A stretch of DNA of 64,000 bases from Epiperipatus broadwayi. Its lineage: Eukaryota; Animalia; Onychophora. Positions 13,701 through 25,559 of the stretch are shown here, piece by piece. The translations under genes were made by a program, and so were the position numbers. The DNA is taken from NCBI GenBank assembly GCA_028023455.1, contig JAQFVV010000002.1, positions 12,462,001 to 12,526,000 of the forward strand. The letters run 5' to 3'. Under the pieces are notes generated by a model. That model saw only the letters and a program-made list of their open reading frames with translations, had not been told where the DNA came from and ran no database searches. Every line of letters begins with the position of its first letter. Positions within the stretch are counted from its first letter, which is position 1.

Positions 13701-13870
13701 ATCCTTTATATTATTTTCTACGAAAAGTATAGATGTCACTGCAATAGTAAAAATAACAAAATCACCACGTGAATAATGCATTGTAAACAATTCGTCTGAT
13801 ATTCAAGCGAAAAATCTTAACAAAATGTCTAAAAAAAAAAAAAAAAATAGTATAAAATATCATTAAAAAC

Positions 13871-15763
13871 ATGTCAAAAACGAAAGTGCCGGCAATTGGA
13901 ATCGACTTAGGAACCACCTATTCTTGCGTAGGTGTATTTTCCCATGGCAAAGTTGAAATTATAGCTAATGATCAAGGTAATAGAACAACTCCGAGCTATG
14001 TTGCTTTTACCGATACAGAACGTTTGATCGGTGATCCAGCTAAAAATCAGGTAGCTATGAACCCAGAAAATACTATATTCGATGCCAAACGATTAATAGG
14101 TCGCAAGTTCGACGAAGCAACAGTTCAATCCGATATAAAACATTGGCCTTTTAAAGTTATTAGTGTCAACGGAAAACCTAAAATACAGGTACTGTACAAA
14201 GGAGAAACAAAGGCTTTTAATCCAGAAGAAATTAGTTCTATGGTATTGATTAAAATGAAAGAAACAGCAGAAGCATTTTTAGGAAAACAAGTAAAAGATG
14301 CAGTCATCACCGTTCCTGCTTATTTTAATGATTCGCAGCGTCAAGCTACCAAAGATGCAGGAATTATTGCTGCTTTAAATGTTTTAAGAATTATTAATGA
14401 ACCAACTGCTGCTGCGCTTGCTTATGGCTTAGATAAAAATTTAAAAGGTGAAAAGAATGTTTTAATATTCGATTTAGGTGGTGGAACTTTTGACGTATCA
14501 ATTCTTACGATTGATGAAGGTTCCACGTTTGAAGTACTTGCTACTGCTGGAGACACTCATTTAGGAGGAGAAGATTTCGATAATCGTTTGGTCAGTCATT
14601 TTGTTGAGGAATTCAAACGAAAATATAAAAAAGATTTGAGTACAAGTGCTCGCGCATTGCGCCGTCTGAGAACCACTTGTGAACGAGCCAAAAGAACTTT
14701 GTCAAATAGCACGGAAGCTAATATTGAAGTAGATGCTTTATTTGAAGGCAATGATTTTTATTCAAAGATTAGTCGCGCTCGATTTGAAGAACTTTGTATA
14801 GATTTATTCAGATCAACATTAATTCCCGTAGAAAAAACTCTAACTGATTCTAAATTGGGTAAGGCCAAAATTCACGAAGTTGTATTAGTTGGTGGTTCTA
14901 CTCGTATACCTAAAATACAAAAATTGTTGCAAGATTTTTTTGGAGGCAAAGAGTTAAATATGTCAATCAATCCCGATGAAGCAGTTGCTTATGGAGCAGC
15001 TGTCCAAGCAGCTATTTTAAGTGGTGATGAAAGTGATGTTGTAAAAGATGTTCTTTTAATAGATGTTGCTCCGTTATCGTTAGGAATTGAAACAGCTGGC
15101 GGAGTAATGAATAAACTAATAGAGCGCAATGCTCGCATACCTTGCAAAGCCACCCGAACTTATACCACATACGCTGACAATCAGACATCCGTTGCAATTC
15201 AAGTATTTGAAGGTGAAAGGTCTATGACCAAAGATAATAATCTTTTGGGTCGGTTTGAACTAACTGGAATTCCCCCTGCTCGCAGAGGAATACCAAAAAT
15301 TGATGTTACCTTCGACATTGATGCCAATGGCATTTTAAACGTCGCTGCTAAAGATGAAAGTACCGGTAAAAGCCAAAGTATTACAATTACTAATGATAAA
15401 GGTCGATTATCAAAAGGCGAAATTGATCGGATGCTTAGAGATGCGGAAAAATATCGCGAAGATGATTTAAAACAAAGTGAACGCGTAATTGCTAAAAATA
15501 ATTTAGAAAGTTATTGTTTTCAAGTGAAACACGCTTTAACATTCGAAGCTGATAAACTAACGCCCTCTGAAAAAGAGGCGGGTTTAAAAAAATGTGAATC
15601 CACTCTTAAATGGGCAGAAAATAATTCTCTCGCTGAAAAGGAAGAATTTGAACATCAATTGTATCAGCTACAGCAAGCTTGTTGTTCTCTAATGGAAAAA
15701 ATACACGGTGGGACTTGTCCCATGGGTGAACCTTCAGGACCAACAATAGAAGAAGTAGATTAA
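13871..15763 (+). CDS. HSP70: Cytosolic heat shock protein 70, intronless, 630 aa
   Basis: All three HSP70 signatures are present ([37 protein letters not shown]), with a C-terminal GPTIEEVD and no GGMP repeats. [11 protein letters not shown] and ARALRRLRT resemble inducible-type invertebrate HSP70s. Confidence 0.97.
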   Translation: MSKTKVPAIGIDLGTTYSCVGVFSHGKVEIIANDQGNRTTPSYVAFTDTERLIGDPAKNQVAMNPENTIFDAKRLIGRKFDEATVQSDIKHWPFKVISVNGKPKIQVLYKGETKAFNPEEISSMVLIKMKETAEAFLGKQVKDAVITVPAYFNDSQRQATKDAGIIAALNVLRIINEPTAAALAYGLDKNLKGEKNVLIFDLGGGTFDVSILTIDEGSTFEVLATAGDTHLGGEDFDNRLVSHFVEEFKRKYKKDLSTSARALRRLRTTCERAKRTLSNSTEANIEVDALFEGNDFYSKISRARFEELCIDLFRSTLIPVEKTLTDSKLGKAKIHEVVLVGGSTRIPKIQKLLQDFFGGKELNMSINPDEAVAYGAAVQAAILSGDESDVVKDVLLIDVAPLSLGIETAGGVMNKLIERNARIPCKATRTYTTYADNQTSVAIQVFEGERSMTKDNNLLGRFELTGIPPARRGIPKIDVTFDIDANGILNVAAKDESTGKSQSITITNDKGRLSKGEIDRMLRDAEKYREDDLKQSERVIAKNNLESYCFQVKHALTFEADKLTPSEKEAGLKKCESTLKWAENNSLAEKEEFEHQLYQLQQACCSLMEKIHGGTCPMGEPSGPTIEEVD

Positions 15764-17174
15764 AAATAATTTACAATAATTATTTTATTTTATTTTTTTT
15801 TAATTTTATGTTTGGCGAATATATATATTATAACAGTTTCATAGCAATGTGGTGGTTAAACTTTTGTCATAATCTTGACTTAAATGTTCAAATTAATAAT
15901 TACAAACAAGTTTATATTTTTATATTGGTTTTTTTTTTTTTCGGATAGATTGTTCATCGGGCATCTAATTGGTCATTTAGTTATTGATTGGTAAATGGTT
16001 GTCATTCCCAACCAGAGTATAAAACAAAAAAACTTAACTCTCACTACTTAATATTTATCCGACTTTTTATGTTCGCCTTCAAAAAAAAAAAAAAGTCCTG
16101 TAGTAGTCTATTTAATGGCTTTTTTACATTTTAAACACATTCATAAAGGTTATATTTTCCAGTTTAAAATATGTATGTATATATGCACATCAACATATAA
16201 ATATATGAGTAATATTTTGCTTAACATTTAATGTATGATTCATGCTGGCGTGCCATTAGAAATGGCCAAAGAATCATTAATGATGGTAATAATTTCTCAG
16301 CCATTGCAGAGATAGAGAAAATATATATTTCAATAAAAAAATTTGTTTAATGTGTCATGATAACTGTTAGGATAATTAATGATAAGATTTAATGCGAAAC
16401 CAGTCTATTAATGTATCAGCTGTAATAAACTGCAAAAAGTATAGTCAGTAGGAAAGTAAATAAATATTATCAAGTGTTTCTTAGAATATTATGACAAATA
16501 GTTGGTCTGCACTGCATTGGATTTTGCATATTTTAATGTTTGATTATGCTAAAACTCAAACAATTTGTTTTCTTAATATCTTCGAGATAAAAATATATTT
16601 AATTACTTAAGAGTGGATTCCTATTACATTTTTTATAAATAAAAAAATAATTCCTTACTCCATAGGATTGCACATTCGTAGGCTACTAGATTCTAGTGCT
16701 AAAAGCTTCCAGATCAAAACTCAATCTGTAACTTCTAAGATCTAAGCTATTTAATTTTTTTAATGTTCACAAGATAATATTTGTACTAATTTATGTTGAT
16801 GGAGAAGAATAAAACAATATGGATCTTATTAAGATTTTAATCAGCAGGGTCATAGGGTGCTAATGCAATTCCAGGCCCTTCTAAGTGTAAATATCTTCAT
16901 AATCTTTTGTTTTGGACTCAGAAGATGTGTATAAATAGGAGATTTAAATTTATATAACTAAAATTACACTATTACCTATCTTTTATGTACTACCATTTCC
17001 ATAACATTAATTCTCAATGTAAAATGTCTCACTGATAAAGAGACAGATATTCTGTCATTGCACAAACAAAGGTTTCTGTGTTAGCGGAGTTTTAATACTC
17101 TTATTATTTATTTTGAAAGTAATACAAAGCAATTTTTAATTTTTCAAGCAAATAATTTTATTCATAGCATTAAA

Positions 17175-18950
17175 TTATAAATTGACTTTTGAGCACTAAG
17201 ACACTATGATAAGAGAAGCTTTATATTTGCACAAATTTTTAACTGAAGCTTACACTTTCTATATCTTCTTGGTATCATATTCATAGCACTTAATGGTGAA
17301 TAGGAAGGTGTATATAAATAGAGTGTAAGGATATTCAAATTTATTCATATGAGTTCAATGAATTAAATGGCCTACTTCTTGAGAGGGAGAAATATAATTC
17401 CTATTTGTTATGGAGTTGGAATTATTGGCAATGTTCTATGCCTCCTTAGTCTTGCACTTGGTATCATTTCTCTAAGTGCAAGCACTATTAGCTGATGTGG
17501 GCTCAAATGCATGGCCCAGTATATTTTGATATTCAAGAAATATGGATCTATACTCTAAGTTGCTTCAGTCTCTTTTGTATAAGTATTAGTGTTATCATAG
17601 CCTTGTGGTGAGACTGGCGTGAGATTCTCCTTAATAGACCACATTGCATCTGGTTGTATGCAATCTTACAGACTGTGGGGGTGTTTGTTTCAATGGGAAG
17701 TTTGTCATTAGAGTTGTTTATTCATCTATTTATTGGAGGGTAGAGTTGTTTATTCATCTATTTATTGGAGGGAGAGTACAGAAACTTACTTGATGTGATA
17801 ACAGATCTTGGTAGATTTCTAACTATTTTTGGGTGTAAAGGAGCAGTATTCATAGCTTGTCATCTATTGGAGAGTTTGCTCTGATTTTCTTATAGAATTC
17901 ACTAATGGTGTTGGGGAGTGTGCTGTATTTGAACACCAGTTGGCATAAATCATTTATGCATTTTTCTATATTGCCCTTTCAGTCTAATTCTAGTTTGCAT
18001 AAGTGGAGATTTCTGTGGAGAAATATTATTAGGCCAACATATTTGTGTGTTTTGGGTATGATGGAATCTGGATGTATATACATTAAGAGGGAGAAGTTTC
18101 AATTAAACTATAAAATGGTTATTAAACCAATCAAAAATGAGACTATATGCACCTGGATTCTATCATACCCAAAACCCACAAATATGCTGGCTTAACAACA
18201 TTTCTCTACTGAAATCTCTTTCTGCAAACTGGTATGAGACCAAGTGACCAATGTAAAAAAATACATAAATGACTTATGCTACGTGGAGTCAAATATAGCA
18301 CCCTCATCAACATCACTAGCAAAGTCTATAAAAAAATCAGAGCAAACCCTCCAATAGATGACAAGCTATGGATACTGCTCTTTTATATTCCAAAAATAGA
18401 TAGAAATATAACCAAGATATTTTAAATCATATTGAATAAGTTTCTATACCCCCATCCAATAAATACATGAATAAACTTATCTCTAAAGATAAACATCTCA
18501 CTGAACAAACACTCTACACAGTCTATAGATTGCATAATCCAAGCCAGATGCAACATGTCTACTATGGTGAATCTCATGCCAGCCTCACTACAAAGCTATA
18601 ACAACTCCAATACTTACACAAAAGAGCCTGAAGCAATCCAGAAAACACCCTGGACCATGCATTCTAGCCCACATCACCCAGCATCATGTGCACTGAGAGA
18701 AATGGTGCCAAGCACCACTCCAACTCTGTAACAACCTGTAAACAAAAAATATTGTTTTCCCCTCTCAAAAAATTGGGCCATTTAATCCATTGAACTCATA
18801 TGAATAAATTTAAAAAAACTTACATTGTATTTCCATACCCCTCCCTACCCACATTCAGAGCTATGAATATGATACCGAGAAAGTATTGAAAGCATTAAAC
18901 TCAGTTAAAAAATGCACACTGGCACTCAAAAGTCAATTTACAGTTTACCT
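17175..18950. mobile_element. Penelope-like element 3' half as a large inverted repeat (arms about 17175-18080 and 18145-18950)
   Basis: Arms are reverse complements along their length (e.g. AAATTTATTCATATGAGTTCAATG / CATTGAACTCATATGAATAAATTT). The right arm encodes YMHLDS (18144, RT thumb-like) and VYRLHNPSQMQHVYYGES (18521, GIY-YIG). An HHR-like remnant lies at about 18858-18900. Confidence 0.8.
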
Positions 18951-19380
18951 AAGGAAAGTAATTACTTCAGAGAATTACCATTAAATTAATAAAAACTATA
19001 AATTAAAATAAAATATTTACAATTCTCTTATCTCCGTTCTTATCTGCTTTTCACTTTCTTGTTATATACATTTGATGACTTGGTTCTATTATTCAGTATA
19101 ACTAGAAAATTCTTAAATAGTTTAAAAATCAATTTTACTACTATTCAAAGATACATTTTAAATTTATATCAAAATAATCTTTGACTTTATTTCATTTTCT
19201 AATTCTTTTTAAGTGAAATTCTTTATTGATTGTTATAAATTCTGATTATTAACCTATAGTGTGAGTAATGTGACTATGTTTTGTCATCATATCCATGTGA
19301 TATAATTATTTATTTTGATATTGATATTTTAGTATTGCATAAATTATTAACCATGAATATGTACAAAATAAAATCAAATA

Positions 19381-19500
19381 GTGAGGCCAGTAATTAATGG
19401 CATTTTATAGATAAGACAAATACCTGACAATCTTGAATTAGCAAGACCAGTAATTAATGGCATTTTATAGATAATACAAATGCCTGACAATCTTGAATTA
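19381..19500 (+). repeat. 60-bp tandem duplication
   Basis: Two adjacent near-identical copies of ...CCAGTAATTAATGGCATTTTATAGATAA(G/T)ACAAAT(A/G)CCTGACAATCTTGAATTA. Confidence 0.9.
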
Positions 19501-21427
19501 GTTAGTTCATAGAAAATATATAACATATCTAGCTGACAATATAAACAACAGTGATAATTGAAAAAGCATATAGTAGTTTTTATCTATATATTTTGAAATT
19601 TCTTTGCACAATAATTGTTTAAAATATATTAATTGGCTTCCATACACAAAATTTATTAGAATTTAAGATCTAGACATTTAAAACTTTTTCATGCCTTTAT
19701 AATTTAATATTTAGCTTAAGAGGTTACATTATATCAATAGTTGATTCTAACACTGTATTATTCCTAGCTCCCCTTGCATTCAAAGTATATACTGTTTTTT
19801 TGATAAACAGTGTATTAGAAAGAACATGTATTGTTTATTGAAGTGCAAATTTACAGAACTTTTTAACACATGTATATAACACACATATATATATATAAAT
19901 TGAGATTATAGTATAAACAAAATTTTAAAAATAATAAAAATATAGCTATTAATAATATACTGATGGAATATATTTACATATATTTTATTGAGTGTATATT
20001 TATCACTGAAGTGATAAAAAATAAGAAAGAAAAACTACCATATTTTTATTTTTAAAATAAAGTAAATAGCAAAACGTTTGACTTTCATAGTTACTAAATA
20101 CATTCTAAGCAGAATTCTTTTGTAAGTTATTTTATTATCAAGAAATTAGAATCTCTCTAATTATTTTGATGTTTTTAAATGAGTTTTGATTTTTAATATA
20201 TTCTAAAATTTTGTAAAATCTTTAACATTATACTCAGAAAATATTTTCTTTCACACAAAATGAAGCACGTAGAATTAGCTAAAACATAATAAAAATAATA
20301 CAATGTATATGCTTTCAACATAAACTAAAAAAATATTAATAAATATAATAGTGTTGGTGTTCAGAGATGGCAAAATGGCAGCTGCATATTGTCAAGTTTG
20401 TGAATTTTAATGATTCTTTTTGTTTGTTTATTTACATTTTTGTTTATTTGTTTACATTTTTCTTTGGCTAAAATATCAATTGAAGACATGTAGTTAGTTT
20501 GTGGCTCCATTATATAATAAATTATAAAAGGGGAGTTGCTTAATGAATCAGTGTTTCTATTTTCTGCTCCTTGATTTATGACAATTATTTTCTTTTAAAA
20601 TAGCATATTCTTCAATTAATGGTAATCCTTTATCTAAGATATCATTTATTCAAAGTATATATATTTTTATCTCTTACTAAACAGTCTGCATAACTCAAAT
20701 AAGCATGTATCTAAACTGAGAATTCAAATGATTTCAAAAATTTTTAAACAAATTTTTATGCCCATCTTAAACAATTATGGAAATAATAATACAATTTCAC
20801 TTTTACATCACATGATTACCATCTCTTATGCTAGCACATAACTGTTATTAAACAGGCAAAACTCTCTATACAGTAGTGCTACCCTGTACCAACCAGAGTG
20901 CACATGCCTTCTGGCATCCATTGATTACTCTGGTTCGCACAGGTTGGCACTACTGTATGGAGAGTTTTGCTTGTTTAATTTCACTTTTCTTATTAAGCAT
21001 CCTTATCCTTTGGTATTTTCTTAATTTATTACTAACAATGATAAAAATAAATAATGGTACTATTCATTTAATTTAAATGAAAATGTTGCTACCATTTTAC
21101 ATGCAATAGAAATGTTGGTTTAAGTTTATTTTAATATGACTCTAAAATGTATTCATCTTTATGAATTTATTATGGAAGTATTTAGGATATTTTAAGCAAT
21201 AATTATTTTCTGACATTTCAATTATAAACTTTAAATAATGATATCCTCTAAAATTTAATCATATATATTGAAGTTGACTAAGTTCCCTTTAGTTGTAAAA
21301 TAACTAGACAAAAGCCTTTTCATCAGTAAAATATGAAGAATAAAATAAACCCATCTTGTTTTCATCTTTTTGATGATATTAAACATAGTTTATTAACAGT
21401 ATTAGCATTTTAGAATGGAAATAATAT

Positions 21428-21567
21428 TTAAGCCAATTGTAATTATGGTATTATTAATTATGAAATTATAATTAAGAAAAGGATGGCAATTGTTTTTACA
21501 ATTTTTGCAATGATAATCAATTAGAAATAAAATAATAAATATTAAATTCAAACAGTATTAACATATA
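21428..21567 (+). repeat. Dispersed AT-rich repeat, paralog at 26428-26576
   Basis: High-identity match TTTAAGCCAATTGTAATTATGGTATTATTAATT...GCAATGATAATCAATTAGAAATAAAATAATAAATATTAAATTCAAACAG at both loci. Confidence 0.85.
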
Positions 21568-22284
21568 TGTAATAGAATTGGAATTAAGTTCCATTTAGCT
21601 ACAAAATAACTAAACAAAGCCATCACCTTTATATTAACTACCATAAAAAGACAATTCATTTATTCTGTGTGTTTTTAATAACAATCTTAGTTTTATGTCT
21701 TGAAATTTTGGAGAATAATATTTATTCCATATATAAATATAGCTTTATTAATTATCCCTTATAAGTTTGCTACATAATGGTAATGGGTTTTAGTTATTTC
21801 GTAGTTAAAGAGAATTTGGTCAGTTTCAATTCTATTAATACATATTAATGCTATATGAATTTAATATTTATTATTTGATTTCTGATTTATTATAATTGTA
21901 AATATTATTAAAAATGAGACAATCTCCATCTTGTGTTTAATTAATTATGATTTCATAATTAATAATGCCATATTTACATCTGGCTTGAACATTTCCATTA
22001 TAAAATTTCAATATGGCTAGAAAGTAAGCGTATTACCATCAAAAAATGTAAAGAATAGATGGGTCTGCCTTATCCTTTATAAAACTTTAAATATAATATT
22101 TTATTGTGAATTTAACTTTTTAGCTGTGTTTATTTTTTTCACCTTAAGAAGAAATGTTTTAATAAATAGGAACAAGCATTTAAATTTTTTTAGCATAGAA
22201 CTCTTGGGAATTAACTTTTAAATATAAAACTAAAAGTTATTTCTTCCTCTTAAAATTAATTTCATGAAGAAATAAAGTTCTCTT

Positions 22285-23125
22285 CATTATCATCACTCAC
22301 TTTCAATTGACTATTATTGATTCATACTGCAGAATGAAGGTTTCTACAAATTTAATCCAATTTCTCTAGTGCATAGCTTCTCTTCTCCACATATTAGCAT
22401 CAAACTTTATTATTTCATTCATCTATTTCTCATGTAGTCTATGATTTATTTCTTATATAATCTTTAATCTCCAATTTAAAATTTGAACTATCTATTTATT
22501 ATTTTTTCTATAATATGTCCAGCACAATTCCATTTGTCTCTTTATTTTTTCAATGATCCATGATACCTGTTTGTCCTTTCATCCATGTATTTTATTTTCT
22601 ATCTCTTCCTAATATATATATTTTCATATTTTATTTAATGATCTGATGTCTCTTTATTGTTCTTCTTTTAGGTACTCAAGTCTCAGATCCATAAATAATA
22701 ACTGATAAAACATATACATTAAAAACTTTTGTTTTTAAGCGCATAGATATATTTTCTTTTAATATTAAATTATGTCTATCAAAAGCATCCCATTTAAGTT
22801 TAATTCTATGTTTAATTTCTATTATGTTCTTCATCTATATTATTAATAAAACCAAGCTATTTGTAGCTAAAAACTTCTCATTTGTTATTATCAATGTTTA
22901 TTTCTTCTGATAAAATCCATTCATCATTCTGTTAGTCTTTCTAGCATTTATCTTCAGTTCTACTTCATTACTTTTATTTGCAAAATGCGGATGATTTAAA
23001 TAATTTCCATTTGCTTTGCTTCCCTATCTTCCCATTTTAATCCACAAAATATTTATTGTAAAACTGTTGTAAAAAGTTTTGGAGATATGGGATCACCTTG
23101 CCATATATCTTTTCAATGTCAAATC
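22285..23125 (-). mobile_element. RTE-clade LINE, RT domain to 3' end
   Basis: Minus translation IWQGDPISPKLFTTVL (about 23060-23105). The 3' end resembles 1231-1605 and has a TGA-repeat tail. Confidence 0.8.
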
Positions 23126-23140
23126 TACTTAGCCTCACTA

Positions 23141-23349
23141 TAGGGTATATGAGCACAGTCTTTCAAATGACCCACCACTCTCCACTCTTATCTCATAACA
23201 CTGATACACTTGAACACATATATGTTGAAAAAATACATATTGCATGTTAACATGTATCAGTGTTATGAGATAGAGTGGAGAGTGGTGGGTCATTTGAAAG
23301 TCTATGCTCATATACCCTACTGATACAGGTTAAGCCTGTATTTCAGTTA
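23141..23349. mobile_element. 5'-inverted insertion of the HHR family B 3' region with 12-bp TSD
   Basis: Arms 23141-23215 and about 23255-23319 are reverse complements and match 3380-3453. The direct repeat TTAGCCTCACTA occurs at 23129-23140 and 23350-23361. Confidence 0.8.
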
Positions 23350-23879
23350 TTAGCCTCACTATGTAATCTAATTATTGCTGCTCATGTTGATAAATAATCT
23401 TTAGATCCAAGCTCCTCACTGATGAAATCCACAAGCTACAAACTAGTTTGGAAATATTGGATAAATAGACATTATATAGGGAATTTATCTACAAACCTCA
23501 TATCCATCAATTACTAAGGCTCGCACTGGGTGGCATTACTGTAAACATAGGAAAAGATGATCTTGTAATGAAAATGACAACATCCTATATCTGTATCTTG
23601 ATGATTTAAAGTTTTAAAAACTATGGAGATGCTCATAGAATCAATTGCTATTTCATTATATACAAATCTATAGCACATGAGTAACTCATATTTCTTAGTC
23701 CTTTTCAAAATGAATCTCAATAGCTGTATGATTCACTATTTTAAAACAAGTTTTAAATCCAAATTTTTCTTTTAGTTGATTAGAATTCAAAGTTCCTTTT
23801 AAATGAGTTGCAATTATCTTGGGAAAGATTTTGTATAGAACTGATAAAAAAAAAAGCTGAAAGTTCAATTGAAAGTCGA

Positions 23880-24870
23880 CTATGCAGGAAAGATTATAAA
23901 ATTATAACTCCTTTACAGATTTATAGCTTAGCACTACTTTTGTCCAGGTGAGTCACATCCATAGTATTAAGATGGGTATGTGGAAGAAAACACTTATAAG
24001 TTAATTAATATGCACATTTGGAAACTTACATGTACCATTTGCTGATAATGCAATACATGAATCTTTTTTATTTATCACATGGGTGTTAGTTGCAATAAAT
24101 CATGCCTTTTTGTATTTTATTTTTCAATCATGGTGCTCAGCACAATACTTTGATGTTGAGCAGATCAAAATTGTGACCTGATACTGATTTGGCACATTTG
24201 AATATTTGTGCTACACTAATCTAGTAGCACTACTCACCATAGTAAATTGCCTTGCAAGGTGGTTCATTGCAGCTAATTTTTATAGATTATTCGGAAAGCC
24301 TGATCTAGAGGTAACTTGTCTTTGGTATTATTCAAGAGTTGACTGAGATTAGGGGGGACCACTGTAGCTAATGTTGAATTTATTTGAGGAGATTGTTTTC
24401 TACTTTTGTGATACACCCAGGTCTAATGCATCCATTAGTGTTGTTGTGGATCACATGCCTGGTGTTTATATTTAGGACCCCCACCTCTGTTCTTAATCAA
24501 TTCTTATGCCAACAATGCTACTAGATTAGTGCAACACAAATATATATATATGCACCAAAACAGACCCCAATATAATGTCAATATTTTCAGAGCACAAGAT
24601 CAACTTGGGCCACAATTTTGATCCATTCAATATTGTGCTGAGCATGGTTTACCACAAATAACACCCATGCAATAAATAAAAAAGATTCATGTGTTGCATT
24701 ATCATGCAAGTGGTATATGTAATTTTGCAAACTTGCATACTAATTATTCTATGAGTTCTCTCTTCTACATACCTATCTTAGTTGTGTGAATATGATCAAC
24801 CTGGTCAAAAGCAGTGCTAAACTGTAAATCTGTAAAGGAGTTATAATTTTTTAATCTTTCCTGCATAATG
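23880..24870. mobile_element. Penelope-like element GIY-YIG/3' region as an inverted repeat (arms about 23880-24235 and 24515-24870)
   Basis: Reverse-complement arms (e.g. AAAATTATAACTCCTTTACAGATTTA / TAAATCTGTAAAGGAGTTATAATTTT). The right arm translates SEHKINLGHNFD (24587), typical of the PLE endonuclease, and PGVY lies upstream in the spacer. Confidence 0.7.
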
Positions 24871-25212
24871 GACCTTCCTTATCTATTGAACTACAAATGA
24901 ATAAGAAAAGAAATAATAAATAGATTAAGTTAAAAAAACTGATGGGTTTATTTATAATATCTTCTTTATCACATTTCTTAAATATCAATATTATTACTGC
25001 ATTATTCCAATCACCTGGTATAATTTTATCATTTAGACATTTAATATATAATTTTATTAATCTTTTTTTTTTTCTTCACCTGCTTCTTTTAAAATATCAG
25101 TAATAATTTTATCATTTCCTGGATTTTTTTTTCTTTATAGATTTAATTGTGTGTCTCACCTCTTCATTTAAAATACTTTAAGAAATGTAATAACTACTCT
25201 TTCTTATTGCAT

Positions 25213-25435
25213 TGCCAAATGTATATCATATAATACTAAATTATCCAAGCACTTTACTACTGTTACACAATGCTTTATTTACCACCCTTTCTTACAGTTT
25301 ACAGTTTTGAGTTCTGAAGAAGATTGCTGGGACAATCAAAACTGTAAAAAAGGGTGGTAAATAAAGCATTGTGTAACAGTAGTAAAGTGCTTGGACAATT
25401 TACTATTATATGGTTCATTTAAAATACTTGGCAAA
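25213..25435. repeat. Hairpin with an HHR-like core (25314-25346, +) in its loop
   Basis: The inner arms of about 60 bp are near-perfect (CCAAGCACTTTACTACTGTTACACAATGCTTTATTTACCACCC / its reverse complement). The loop reads CTGAAGA A GATTG CTGGGA CAATC AAAAC TGTA. Confidence 0.8.
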
Positions 25436-25559
25436 TAAATTGTAGTGAGATATTTTGTTTTCTTGTTGTTTATTACTATAAAATTCTTTATAGAAATCAA
25501 TCATATATTTCATGATGTTATATCTTTTTTTTAGTAATAGCTCCATATTTTTTTCTTAT

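Noticed and set aside
339-20954. Phase-compatible chain of small + strand exons (339-351, 4901-4930, 5820-5853, 16848-16884, 20856-20942) giving ...VSDAAALRISERYDFPREIDQGHRVLMQFQALLSKTLYTVVLPCTNQSAHAFWHPLITLVRT, which would nest HSP70 in an intron
   Set aside because: Several donors are weak, two candidates overlap or abut an antisense LINE remnant, I do not recognise the peptide, and phase matches are easy to obtain by selection. It is unsupported without RNA-seq or a protein hit.
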